In this document: in pieces, positions 51,356 through 64,000 of the stretch
Layout of the letters: every line of letters begins with the position of its first letter
How positions within the stretch are numbered: position 1 is the stretch's first letter
DNA from: Cycas panzhihuaensis
Lineage: Eukaryota > Plantae > Cycadophyta
Direction of reading: 5' to 3'
Assembly (NCBI GenBank): GCA_023213395.1
Contig: CM041465.1
Span: 182,287,741-182,351,740, forward strand
Length of the DNA stretch: 64,000 bases
Notes under the pieces: model-generated
Told to the model about the DNA's origin: nothing
Database searches by the model: none
The model's input: the letters and a program-made list of their open reading frames with translations, nothing else
Translations under genes and position numbers: made by a program

Positions 51356-53727
51356 GAATATGGTAGTTGAAGTAGGATTGCTTATGGATGGACATTGGTA
51401 AGTCCATGAAATCTTGATAAGAATTTGTGTCTGACATTGTATTTACAAAGTGTTGTCCAAGACACACATCAATGAAGATGAGTGTTAAGAAAGCCAAATG
51501 CTTAGAAATGTAGCAGTGATGTTGAAGGCATAAGGTTGAAATTAGAGATCCCATGTGAAAGTAGCAATCGTCATTGGATGGGGTTGTTACTGACAATGAT
51601 ATGGTGGTGATTGTACATGTTTGTGAAAGAAAAGCATATTTGTGGAATTTTAAAATAATTTACTCGAAGAGTTTTATTGCAGATAATGTGATGGGTTCCA
51701 AACCCATGTAGTTGAAGGTGGCTTCAATAGGTATTAGAATGGTGGAACCCAATGCTGAGATGGCAGGAAAATGGTATCTCGATCCTTGGGAGGGTGACCC
51801 AATGTTGAGAGAACAAGCTTAGTTGGCTTCTTTGTAACAATAGAGAATGGCGGTCTATAGGAGGATGTTGCAGTCTTCATGTAGATGGACACAATCGATG
51901 GAATGTAGGTAGCCCATTCAGGCCATCTCAGAGTTGGTAGTGACTTGTGAAAGTGCTATAGCAGAAACACCGAACTATGAAGAATATGGCATCTCTCGTG
52001 TGACTTGAGCAACCAATATTGGTCATTTTCCTATCTTCTGTGGCTTTGAGACAAAGCTCAGGTAGGCCTATGTGATGGACTATTATGGGAAGACGTCATC
52101 AATTTGTTGTGGGAGCTTAGATTGGCATTTCTTCTATCAAAGTTTGCTTATGGAATTGCCGCATAGTCGCTTGAAGCCCCATGTTAGAAAAAGGGTGAAA
52201 TGATTTTACTTCTGATGTAATTTCTTTTTGTAAATTTTGAATGGAATTAAATCAAATAGAATAAAATTTGAGTTTTGTCATGAAGCCCCCAATTCTTGAG
52301 CAGGTGGTCACATGGTGAAAAACACATGACTAGGAGTTAAGATGAAAGGGCCTAAATGCATAATTAATAGTCTTAGGTTAAAGTTCTCATACCACCACTC
52401 AGTTTTGTCATCATAACTTTATATAAACTTGGAATGCAATTTCATTAGATTCATTGGAAAGCTTGTTTCGATGCCTTAAAAATGAGTGGTTATAAGGCTA
52501 TATTGGATTTTGATTTCTAATAACTTTTTAAGGTTGAAGTTGATACATGGTGAAGAGGCCTTTGATGGGTTCATTTTAAAAAAGTTTTTGAGGTATTTTT
52601 TTTGTTTGGCAAGCTTTTTTCTATAAATAGTGATTTTTATGATTTCAAGAAACATTTGTGAGAGCCCATTTATGGACAATACATGTGGAAATGTCACGTC
52701 AGGTGAATAATTGCATTTTGCATTTATGATAACTAGTTAAGTACTTCATTTGGACCTTGCTTTTGAAGTTTCATTAATTGAAATTACATAGTGAGTTCAT
52801 GGTTGGGATATCCTTTGAGGATGGTAGTAGAAATTGCAACAGTTAACGTGAGGTCAACAACAATTGGTTGTTGGATACTTGTACTTTGTTAAGTTTTTAG
52901 TTTGCAAGTAATTGTAGGTGGACACCTAAGATGTTCATCACTATGTAAGGTCATAAACCTAATGTTGTGAGTCCAAGTAAAGTGAAGAGAGGTTTTCTCT
53001 TAGGAGTTGGAGAAGAGAAACAAGCATAGTAGGAAGCATATGCGAAGTTGTTTACTAGTGAAGATAGCTACCTAGTGATGTAATGTGACAAGACAAAAAT
53101 AAGATTAAACATTATGGGAGTGTGCTGGAGAATAATGTTTAATCTATGTTTAATACATGATTATTGTATTGCCATTCCCTAAATGTTGTGCATACACATT
53201 TTGAAGAGGTGCACATTTGTGTAGATATTAATCTATGAGCATTACTAAAATGTGTTTTTAGAGCTCACATTTTCATGTATTCGTCATAGATTATCTTGGT
53301 GTTTCTCCAATATCATTAGACATCTATGAGGTGAATTGTATCTATAACGATGTCTTATGTCATAATATAATAACAGAGATGGTCATTTCCCCCAACATTT
53401 ATTGTCTTGTTGAAGGAATGAATAATAGCAGGAGAACAGGTCAGAACATATATCAAATAACCATAAACTAGTATTGCATCAATACATCAATGTGTCACAA
53501 TCACAATAGCATAAAGAACATGAAAGCCTTGTTGTTCAATCCATTGTAGCAATAATGGGCATTACAAATCTCCTCAAAGGTAGGCGGTGTCTAAAGACAC
53601 CAGGGTTGTACACCCCACAATATAAATAGTTTTGGGGGAGGAGGGAAACTCCTCAACCCCTGAATTCAAATTAATAATAAAATAATATTCACTTTACTCA
53701 AATGAAACTAACTCAACTTACCTTAAC

Positions 53728-54555
53728 TTACCTTGACATGTTGAGCATCACATGTCTAAATTGAGGTGCACAATCCTGGTAGGTAAGAGGGAGTGAAGTG
53801 ATGACATTACACTCCAACATTCTCCCCCTTAATGTCAGCACGAACACTTGTATCTTTTCCTTGAACTTATGGAACTGGTACTTGAAAAAAACTTTGAAAT
53901 TCTGATCTTGATCTTTATCAACTCTTCTCACCCTTATAGCCACATATGTCTCTTTATCATAGAATGATGTAGGAAAACAATAAGTAGATGAAACTTGATG
54001 CAAATGTAGATGAATAGCTGTAATTTGGACTTTGTCAACTGGAATATTAGGAAGGCTTTGAACTTGAACTTTTGTAATCTTTATACTTTGAACAACTGTC
54101 ATATCATCAGGTTCATTCTTCATTATGTTATAAGATTCATCTTCATGATGCTCCCCCTCAAATGGAGGATCAAATCCTTGTGCAACAAGGTGGTCCTGCA
54201 TTTGATCTGAATCCTCATGGTTGTTGTCGTCATGATCTATCTGTTCTGTTACCTGTCCCACATGCTCATCAAAAGTTTCATCAAATACATTGGGGGTATC
54301 TCCCCCATAAATGGAAATCAATAAATCCCAAACAGACTTAGATGTTGTTAATTCAGAAACCAGTGGAAAAACATCATCAGTCATAGTGCAAAATAATAAA
54401 CCTAAAACTTCATTATCTTTTCTAAAATTTTCTTTAATGCTAAGGTCACATTCATGTTGTAAATACTTTAAAAGATCATGTTCAATAAAGTAAGTTTGCA
54501 TGGTGTCATACCATAGTGAAAAGTTATGGCCATAAAAAATGGGGAATTGTGCCAT
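53728..54555 (-). CDS. Copia-type Gag-like protein (275 aa), reading through the PPT into the 3' LTR
   Basis: FPIFYGHNFSLWYDTMQTYF...DL..Y and TTSKSVWDLL..IY are copia Gag N-terminal motifs; the ORF is uninterrupted. Confidence 0.85.
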   Translation of the reverse strand: MAQFPIFYGHNFSLWYDTMQTYFIEHDLLKYLQHECDLSIKENFRKDNEVLGLLFCTMTDDVFPLVSELTTSKSVWDLLISIYGGDTPNVFDETFDEHVGQVTEQIDHDDNNHEDSDQMQDHLVAQGFDPPFEGEHHEDESYNIMKNEPDDMTVVQSIKITKVQVQSLPNIPVDKVQITAIHLHLHQVSSTYCFPTSFYDKETYVAIRVRRVDKDQDQNFKVFFKYQFHKFKEKIQVFVLTLRGRMLECNVITSLPLTYQDCAPQFRHVMLNMSR

Positions 54556-56174
54556 TTTAAAAGCAATGTAATCAATAAGAAAATAATGATGCGTTTGAAA
54601 GCAAACTTAAAAAAAATATTTTTCACTTATGCAAAACTGAAATAAACTTTTGAGAATGAAATATAAAGAGATTTCAAAAATACCAATTTCTCAAATGAGT
54701 AAATGTAAATTTTCAATGTAAGAAAAAACTTTCCCTTTTTGTATAAAAATAACTTTTCTTTGAGAAAAATATATATTGCCTTATGAACAAATGCTGGTTT
54801 GAAACAGCTTAAAATGCTTGTAGAAAGATCAAGTAGAAACCTTGAGTTAAACAATGAGATATAAACTAGAATTTTCTTAAAAAATTTTGAAAAAAAACAA
54901 GCTTATTAGGACGTACTTGTATGGTCAACTTTAACAGCTTGAAAACTATACTGAATAATGTCAGAATAACTTAAAATTTTACCAATATGTAGATTAATAA
55001 GGTGTGAATCCAATGAAATAAACGGTTTTGAAAACAGATACCAATAAATCACGATTTGAATGAGGCAAAGGTATGGACCTCCTTATGGAGCCTAACAGGA
55101 GCGGGGTAGTCAAAATTTGCATAAAATTACTAATTAACCTTTAGAAAAAGTTGAACAAAGGATCAAATATTATTTATGAAGTAATCAATGTTCTTTCAAT
55201 TGAAATTTTTTTAAAAATATATTAAAAAAGGTGTAAAAAATAGTAGATTTAGGGCAATGAGATACCACAACTTTGACTGATTTGAAATTTAGGAAGATAA
55301 TATCAAAATATAAAAAAAAAGTATGTCAAAATGAGGAGAAATGAGTCAGCTTCCCAACGAAGCTGACGGAATTGAAATCTGATAAAAAATGAGAAAGTTA
55401 TAGTGAAAAATGTAACAGGTATTTTTATGGAGAATGTTAAAAAATAGGCAAAAACAACTAAATTCCTTATTTCAGCGATTAAAATATTAATGAAGATGAA
55501 CTCAAAAAATTGAAGTAAGAAGTGGGTATTAAAGTCTATACAACGTAGATCGCTATAGAAGAAATTTGGGTAAAACCAGTTTACCAGAAATAAATGATAG
55601 CCAGTTCTAAAAACGATTTTGTTAAAATTGTGAAAAAAGCTGAAATTTTGAAAGTCTAATGTTAAAATGGTCGAAACAGGGTCAAATTAGCACCAAATTG
55701 GTCATATGACCAGTCGAAATTGGTGTACAAAAAATTTCTGACCTGTTGGGGCAGGTTTCGTCTGAAACCGATATTCCAGCGAGAAGTTATGGCAACAAAA
55801 GCGCCAATAACTCTATGAAAAATAAAATTTTGAAGAAATAAAGCTTAAAATTAAAAATAATTTCTTAAAAGACGGGCCTAAAGATGGACTGAGCTGGGAT
55901 TGAACCCAAGATCAGTCAGAGAATAAAGACCTCCGATGCCAGGAGGGTGAACTCGCTTGTCAAGAACAAAAGATTATTAAAACCCTTAAAACCGGATTTT
56001 AAAAGAACATATAATAAATTTTACTTTTTAAACTTATTAAATTTATATAAAACTATAATAAATACAGGGTTTAATGAACCGAATAGCCGCGCTGCAAACA
56101 GGGGTATACAATGACCGAATACAATGACGTATAAGAGCAATAAATGAGTAGTTATGAGGATTGAAGAATGACGG

Positions 56175-56392
56175 AAACGGCAAAGCGCTAATAATAAATA
56201 ATAAGGCAATATGTTCCATGAAATAAATAAGGCAATATGTTATGTGCAATGATCACATGCAGCCGCAATGAACATACACACGCACAGCCGTAATAATGAA
56301 TGCCAGAACGACGCAATGAACATATACACGCACAAAGCCGTAATAATGAATGAAAGAAGACGGGGCAGAACGACGCAATGAACACGCAGCGT
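56175..56392. repeat. Short tandem repeats in the leader of E
   Basis: AATAAGGCAATATGTT x2; CGCAATGAACA x3, two of them followed by CACGCACA(A)AGCCGTAATAATGAATG-type tails. Confidence 0.85.
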
Positions 56393-58113
56393 AGATAACA
56401 CGCAGAGATACGAAACTACACGCAGCCGGTGTACAGATTGCTACACGCCGATATTGGACGGCGAGAAGGAGCCGTTTACTGAACGCAATGGCGCCCCACG
56501 CTCTGATACCAAATGAAGGAATGAATAATAGCAGGAGAATAGGTCAGAACATATATGAAATAACCATAAACCAGTATTGCATCAATACATCAATGCGTCA
56601 CAATTACAATAGCATAAAGAACATGAAAGCCTTGTTGTTCAATCCATTGTAGCAATAATGAGCATTACAAATCTCCTCAAAGGTAGGCGGTGTCTAAAGA
56701 CACCAGGGTTGTACACCCCACAATATAAATAGTTTTGGGGGAGGAGGGAAACTCCTCAACCCCTGAATTCAAATTAATAATAAAATAATATTTACTTAAC
56801 TCAAATGAAACTAACTCAACTTACCTTAACTTACCTTGACATGTTGAGCATCACATGTCTAAATTGAGGTGCACAATCCTGGTAGGTAAGAGGGAGTGAA
56901 GTGATGACATTACACTCCAACACTTGTGTTATGATACATATTTCATTTTATGTATTTTATATTTCACATTTTATTCATATTTATGAATTATAATATTGAA
57001 CTTAATCATAATTTGTAACATGATCTCATAACGATCCTTGTGCATTTTTGAACATCCATGATCTAGGCCTCTAGTTGAATGAACTTTTCATAAAAATCTC
57101 TAGGTATTGGTAAGGAATAGTTATGCTTGGAGCATTTTAAACCTTCCATATTGTTATCGATTTTGCTAATCTAGGCCTTGATGAATTTCAACAACCATAG
57201 ACGCCTTTGCTTTTCTTGTGTGAGTTGGGCAAGCAAGTTTTATTTGTTGATTGTAGGCTTTGTATTTGTGCTAGTGAATGTTAGGAATGCTTGTTTAATC
57301 TTTTTAAACAAGTTCTCAACAATTTATATTTTTAGCTTATAATTGTGGCTTAAATTTTGTCGCTTTCTCTAGGATCAATATACACACTTTCTCCACAGGC
57401 AAAATGCATGCTATTGGAGTGGCCTTTTGTTTGTGTGGGCTTGTAGGTTGCTTATCCTCTTTTTCGTTAGCTTGCTCACTCCTCTTAGTTGCATGCTTTG
57501 ATGTAGTGGCCTTAATATTTTGTTTGGTAGGTGGGACCTTTAGCTAGGGGGTTTTGACCTGGTGGCATGGAGGCTTATTCTGTCATTTGGTAGGCATATC
57601 CTCTAGGTGGAAATACTCATTCTCAAGCTTGGTAAGTTCATTCATTGGTTTCATAAGTTTGCCAGGCTTTGTAAATATAGGTCTATGCAATTCTTGCCTT
57701 TGTCCTCAATAATAACAACTTTTGTTTGTGGTATCTTTAGTGGTGTGGATATAGCAATAACCTTTTTCTTGGACTTCTTTTCCTCTAACTTATGTTGCAA
57801 CTAGTTGAAGGGTATCTACAAGTGTGTGGCTAACTAAGCCTTTTGTACTTTAGAGATGCTTTGCCTGTATATTATGACCCAACATGACATAGTACGGTCT
57901 TTTTTGTTTTCAACTTATATGGTTGTCCTAGTTGCAAAGCATTGGTCCAACATGACTTTTTATTATGGAGTAAAATTGAAAATACAACATCCCTTATTGT
58001 ATGCCTTCCAATTGGTGTATGATTTTATTAAGGATGTATTGAGCCCAATCATATTTTTGGCCTTTAACCATGGTCCTAAGATACTTCTATAAACCATCTA
58101 GAAAGTGAGGGGT

Positions 58114-61100
58114 TGTTGGGGTCAAATCGTGACTATGCACGCTTGGAACAATGGAAAACATGCTAATGTATGTCTAAGAAGATGCGATATATGCAAGTGG
58201 AGACCCCTCATGTGCCAAGTACAAACAAAAGTACGAGAAAATCTAGTAAAGTGGCAAAGAAATGCTCTTGGGGGATGCATGATAGTATGTATTCTGAATG
58301 AGAACAAGTATGGGAACTTATGTAGGAGCATATTTAGGAACACTTGACAAAACATGCCTAGATTTGAGTGATACGTCCTAGATTAGATGACCTCAACTTT
58401 TTAGGTGTCTCCGTATAGTTGTACAGTTGTTATGTTAATGATTGGTCAATGATTAAGTGTAATTATGATAAAAAGGTGCTGTGTTAGGAAAAAGAATGGT
58501 TGTGACAATAAGTCACAACCATTCCCCCAAAAGGCATGTAATTTGGTATATATTGGTCGTTTCTCCACCTTGTTGGCAAGAGAGCCGAGTTATTTGATCT
58601 TGTGTCATGCCCTCAAGGGTATGAGGATCATAGTATTGTGATGTAAGGACAAACTTATGGTGTTATTGTTTAATGAAATCAAAATTATGAGGGACATATT
58701 TTGCAATTGTGTAATGTGTTCTTTGATGAACATGCTAGTGGTGATATATGACATTGTTGTGATGATAAGATGATGTTATTGAGATAATGTCGATGAATTC
58801 ATGAGTATGTGTGTATGGTTGTAAGTGTGAATAAGTGGCCATTATGTCGAGAGCATTCCTAGGAAGATTACATGGGAGGGGCCTTTTGACTATAAGTATT
58901 TAGGGGACCAAGAGTAAAGTCAACATTGGTTCTATTACCTATGTCCACTTGTGGAAGGAGAGGAGTTGGAGTTTTCACTTTACAAAACATATGCCCAAAG
59001 AGCAAGGAACCTTGGTTGTCGTCGTAATGGCAAGTTGTAACTAAACCTTTGGTAGCCAAGGGACCTTCCAATGCCACCAAAATGGCCTTCAAAGGTGATT
59101 GAGCCACACAAGCAACCGTCATTTAAGGGAATTTCAAAATCTACTAGGCAAAGGGCGATAAGACGGGCAAATGAGTGGAAAATATAGAGGAGTAAGAGAG
59201 CAAATTCTATAAGGAAAGATAAGACCAAGGGGAGGCCTGTTAAGGAGTTTGAGGCAGGTAGAGCACAAACACTAATAAAGTAGAATGAGGAATGTAGGGG
59301 ACCAATGGTATTAGACCCGACCCTACTAGGTTGTTGTGAAACTAGGGAAAACACATGTAATCATCGGCTAGTTATCTTGCATAGAGAATGGAGAGAGCCA
59401 TGAGAGTGGTAGACAATTGCCTTGATGCCTCACTGTTTAGCATCAAGGTAGTACCAACACAATGGTATGAGGGAATTCTAGAGTATTTGGCTATAGGGGA
59501 GTTGCCATTGGAATTGAACAAAGCAGAGAAAAGACGTTTGGCTCGAAAAGTTGAACCCTATCAACTGATCCTGTGTAAATTATATCGCTTAGGCCTAGAT
59601 GATGTGCTACACCACTGTGTAAAACTTCATGAAATCAACCAGATCATTGCGAAATCATATGAATGTGTAACGGGTGGACACACATGGTTAAAAAATACTT
59701 GGAAGAAAGTATTGATCATAGGCTTTTGGTGGCTAACAATTTTCAAAGATATTCACAGATGGGTGAAGAAATGCGACTAATGTTAGTGAATGGGGAAACC
59801 GCACAACCAAGACTTGCATCCACTAACTCCTATGCTACCTTTGGTACCATTCGAGAAATGGAGCATAGATTTTATGGGACCTATTTGACCTGCAATTCGT
59901 TGATCTCAAGTGGGATACATTCCAGTAGCTATAGATTACACAACTATGTGCCTCAAATTTAGGCCACTTTGGAAGGTAGATTCAACAAGCACAATAAGAT
60001 TCTCGTGCAAAGTGATCATAATGTGATTTTGATGCCCCTTGGAATTAGTCAAGTGATGGAAGAATTGATATCAACATTCATGATTAGTCATTCAAAGTCG
60101 ATAGCATATGACCCCAGAGCTAATGGACAAGCCAAAAGCTCCAACAAGATCATTGAGAGTTGTTTAAGGAAAATATGTGATGTGGGGAGGTTTGATTGGG
60201 TTGAGAAGCTATCATCAATGTTGTGGGCCTTTCGCACAATCTACAAGAGAACGATAGGACAAACACCATTTAGAGTAGTTATTGGAATGAAAGCCATTCT
60301 TCCTATTGAGTTCGAATCCCAAGCTTGCGAGTAGCCTTGGCTTGTTGACTTGATGATGAAGACTCCTTGAGAGAATGATTGTGGTAGTTATTGCAGCTAG
60401 AAGAAACCCAACTCAAACTTGAATGGTTGTAGAACATTGAGAAAATGAGACAAAAGGAGTGGCATGACCGCCACTTGAGGATACCCTAATTTTCTAATGG
60501 TGATCAAGTCTTACTATACGATAGTAAGTTTTGGTCACACCCTAGCAAATTGAAAATGAAATAGCTAAGGCCATTCACAATGGAAGGAATGTTTGATAAC
60601 GGCTTGGTCTAATTGATGGAGATCAACGAACTATGACTGTCAACATTAGTAAATGGTGGTAGGTTGAAGCTTTATCACCATTAAATAGGGTAACTCCAAC
60701 AAGGATCAATTAAATATGCACTATGTGTTGCTTGCATTGAAGACAACCAAAGTTGTCTAGGCATCGGATTGACGTTCTTGCTTGATGCATAAACACAAAA
60801 ATTGAAAAAGAAAAAAAAAAACAAACCAACCGTAACTCAAATCTTATACATAAGCAAAACCACAAGTGAAAGAAAGGTAAAATTAGAAGAAAATTATGGA
60901 ACATGACAAGTGAATCGATGGAAAAAGCATTAAGATAAAAAAGAGAGACCAAAACTTAGGACGAATGGCCTTAAGTAAGCACTTGTTCTTGAAAAATAAA
61001 CTATGCTTTCTAGAAAGAAGTGCTAGTAGGAAGTATAAGACAGAAACTCAAATAAGTGAGAAAATTCAAAGTGTGTTCCTGTGAGGAATGCAATTGAGAA

Positions 61101-63375
61101 CACTGACTTTACAGGATTAATTGGCAACCATTTCTTCTCATTCAAGCGAGAGAATTCTTGGGAGCACTCGACAAATTAGTGAGGATCCAATCATGACATT
61201 CCAATAGCCAAAGGAATAGGAAATTAGAGCCATTCCAACAAATATTCCACACGTGAATGTATTAGAGAATGGATGACAGGTGTTCAACTTTTGAGCCCTA
61301 AATTTCTTGCATTTTTTCTATCTTGTTTAGACACAATTAGTATTGTTTCCACTATGTCCACATGGTAGATAGGATGAAAATGATAGGTTGTCAAGAGATT
61401 TATCTACCAAAATTAGAGGGGGAATTTGAGGGTTTGTCAAATGCCTTCAAAAAATCATGTAAACTAAGCTGGATGGGGAGACTACATCCACATGTTGCCT
61501 TTGTATTGGGATCTAGAAATTATGGAGTAGATCTTGGTAACCTTGATGAAAAATATGGGTAGTGTTTATTGGATGTCGAGGCGGTACATATCTTGACTAG
61601 AATTCTCTTGGAAGGGGAAATTCTAGTAGCAACAAAATGTTCAAAAGTTGATCGAGAAACATATGCAAGAGAATTACGTGTAGAAAGCACACAAATATTT
61701 TTAGGAGGTACTCAGATTGTAGATATCAAGGATGGCAAATTATAGTGGGTGGCTAGAGTAATCGTGACAAAATTCCTATCCAAACAGAAGTATACATACA
61801 TCCCTGACAGGATGATACCACTCTTAACATAGATTTGGGATGGAGAAAAGTTGAATCGGCGTAAATTCTTGGCATCTGACATCCAACGACAACTTAGGGA
61901 CATACAAATTCATGCCTTTAGGCAACCATCCCTCTTGTTGGTTGTGTTATTACATCAATGCCTAGAAGTGAATCCACCCTAAGTGGCCATATAATAAGGA
62001 GAGTCATTAATAAAATAGCGGGTGAATGTGTTTCTAGCAAATGCACAAAACATGGAGACCAAGAGGATGGTTGAAAGAGAAATGATGTGGATTTTGAAGT
62101 GGCCACAATAAACATTAGGTGGCCCTATTCAACATAGAGCCAAGCAAGTTATTAAAAAGAGTGTAAAACAAAGATGCGATATGACAGAAGAAGAAGAGGC
62201 ATAATTGGAGTCTTCATTGGAGGAATGGGCACCAATAAAGGAAGGGTTTCTGCCTGCCACTGAATTGGGAGAAGGGTCTTCTCGCTAACAGATTTCCTTG
62301 GAAGGGTAGGGGAAACAGATAGTCCAATTGGTGGAGGAATACAAAGCGGAAATCACTGCTTTATAGGAAAAGCTAAAGGAAAAGGATGCCATGATAGCCA
62401 CCTTAACACAAATCAATGAAGATTTACTAAAGGCCAGTGAAACTAGTAGAGGCTTGGAGTCGGGGCAGGGGTAGCCCCAGTTGTAGAGTGGGGAGGAGAG
62501 AGAATACAAAATGTTTAAAAACCTGACAATGGCACCAAGATTTTGATTTTGAACAAGGATGCTCAACTACTTTTTGTTGACTCAAGATAGATGTTGAGGT
62601 CAAATTGTGACAGCATGCTTGGAACAGTGGAAAACATGCTAATGTGTGTTTAACAAGATGAGATATATATAGGTGAAGACCCAACATGTCCTAAGTATGG
62701 ACAAAAGGATGAAAAAATCTAGTAAAGTGGCAAAGAAATGCTTTCGGGGAATGCATGACAGTATGCATTCTGAATAAGAATGGGCACAGGAACTTACGCA
62801 GTAATGTATTCAGGAATGCATGGCAGAACTTGCCTAGATTTGAGTGATACATCCTAGGTTGGATGATGTTAGCCTTCCAAGTGTCTCTTTACGGTCGTAT
62901 GACTATTATGTTAATGATTGGTCAATGATTAAGTGTAATTATAATGAAAAGGTGTATGCTAGGAAAAGGAATGGTTGTGACCATAAGTCACACCCATTCC
63001 CCCTAAAAGCATGTAATTTGGTATATATTGTCCATTTCTTCACCTTGTCGGCATAAGAGTTGAGTTATTTGATCTTATGTCATGTTCTCAATGTGTGAGG
63101 ATGCGAGTATTGTGATGTAAGGACAAACTTATGGTGTTATTGCTTAATGAAATTAGAGTTACAAGGGAAATATTGTGCAATTGTATAATATGACATTGTT
63201 GTGATGACAAGATGATGTTATGATGTTGTTGAGGTAATGTTGAGGAATTTGCAAGTATGTGTGGATGGTTGTAAGTGTGAATAAGTGGCAATTTTGTTGA
63301 GAGCATTCCTAGGAAGACTACATTGAAGGGGCCTTTTGACTATAAATAGTTGGGGGACTAGGAGTAAAGTCAACA
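58114..63375 (+). mobile_element. Element F: internally deleted, decayed relative of C
   Basis: LTRs 58114-58925 and 62592-63375; PBS TGGTTCTATTACC; leader and gag start (GGGACCTTCCAATGCCACC, ATG at 59071) match C; integrase remnants at 59400-60680; accessory ORF remnant at 61362-62485; TSD not conserved (GGGGT/ATGGC). Confidence 0.88.
61362..62485 (+). pseudogene. Element F accessory ORF remnant
   Basis: IVDIKDGKL*WVARVIVTKFLSKQKYTYIP...DGEKLN and EYKAEITAL*EKLKEKDAMIATLTQINEDL align with the C accessory ORF. Confidence 0.85.
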
Positions 63376-64000
63376 ATGGCTCTCTAAGCCCCCAACATTT
63401 ATAGGTGAGGAGTTGAATGACAAGCTCTAGTTGTTTAGCTAGCAACTTGATGACTTGTATGCCTACCTTGATAGTGTTGACATTGCTTCAATGAGCCATT
63501 CTAGAAACCTTTGCTTAATCACATTCAATTAACTTTGAAATCTAGCCTTATGACTACAATGAAGTTACTTGATCTATGGCTTCCATTGATCGTTCTAGTA
63601 ACAAAGGCTTCCAAACAAGGAATTGAAGCATGCTTGTTAATATTTTGGAGGAGACATGCAAAGGTGGTATTAGAGCAAAGGTATTGTGTCTTGCCTGTTG
63701 CGTTCTTTGCATAAACTCTCTCCCAATTGCCTATCACTCAACCCTCATAGTAGGGTCGTTACTATCCTTGAGTGAGAGGTGCAAGCTCACTCCTTTTACA
63801 TTTCCATCACCCATTTGTGCAACAACTTATCAATAAATGCTTATTATACGATGCTACATTTTAGTATGACCGCATATAGATATATAGTCACCTATTATGG
63901 TGATGCTGAATGAGTAACATGGGTTAGTAATCACAATGATTATTGCAATTTTTCCATAGGTGTTTGACTCTATTTAGATATTTGCATGCTTTTGGTTTTG

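Larger units (their letters stand above)
53411..56922 (-). mobile_element. Element E: young gag-only LTR element (TR-GAG-like) in the 3' LTR of A
   Basis: 409-bp LTRs (53411-53819, 56514-56922) with 8 substitutions by my count; exact TSD CTTGT; perfect PBS TGGTATCAGAGC (rc 56500-56511); PPT rc TTCTCCCCCTTAA; no pol. Confidence 0.96.
23766..57054 (+). mobile_element. Element A: old non-autonomous LTR element (~3.2 kb native) hosting B, C, D and E
   Basis: 5' LTR 23766-24191 followed by PBS TGGTATCGGAAC; 3' LTR 53123-57054, split by E; PPT ATTATGGGAGTG; TSD TCAAT/TCCAT (4/5); no domains recognised in its own internal pieces. Confidence 0.85.
22341..64000 (+). other. Putative giant first intron of the AIP2-like gene (>41.6 kb, runs off the window)
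   Basis: GT donor at 22341; T-rich intronic sequence at 22900-23760, 57055-58100 and 63380-64000; the expected exon 2 (FY.V..RVAT.LKTRY) was not found in the window. Confidence 0.65.

Noticed and set aside
55885-55960. tRNA-like T-arm/B-box (rc TGGGTTCAATCCCA) in the leader of E
   Set aside because: No convincing acceptor stem, D-arm or anticodon arm; cannot call a tRNA or SINE.
57055-58113. Candidate exon 2 of the AIP2-like gene (ORFs 57607-57804 and 57856-58092)
   Set aside because: No similarity to the expected FY.V..RVAT.LKTRY segment; reads as T-rich intron.

Overview
AT-rich plant nuclear DNA. The ancient TEs and giant intron suggest a gymnosperm, but that is inference. 1-~19.6 kb is an old intergenic nest of LTR retrotransposons: a decayed Ty3/gypsy host carries a full-length Tork/Tnt1-like copia (TSD ACTTT), two inverted copies of a ~2.6-kb non-autonomous LTR element and a solo LTR, followed by a chromovirus relic. 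The only host gene starts at 22194 (+): exon 1 of an AIP2-like RING E3 ligase behind an ABRE-containing promoter. Everything after the GT donor at 22341 appears to be one >41-kb first intron, since no exon 2 was seen. It holds a nest with TSD-supported boundaries: non-coding LTR element A (23766-57054) contains gypsy B (24700-44565), which contains gypsy C (31327-41983, minus). A also contains chromovirus D (44675-51355) and, in its 3' LTR, a young gag-only element E (53411-56922, minus). A deleted relative of C (F, 58114-63375) follows. Most unusual: C carries two tandem Gag-capsid-like domains between protease and RT, and B, C and F share a conserved sense-strand accessory ORF 3' of integrase.
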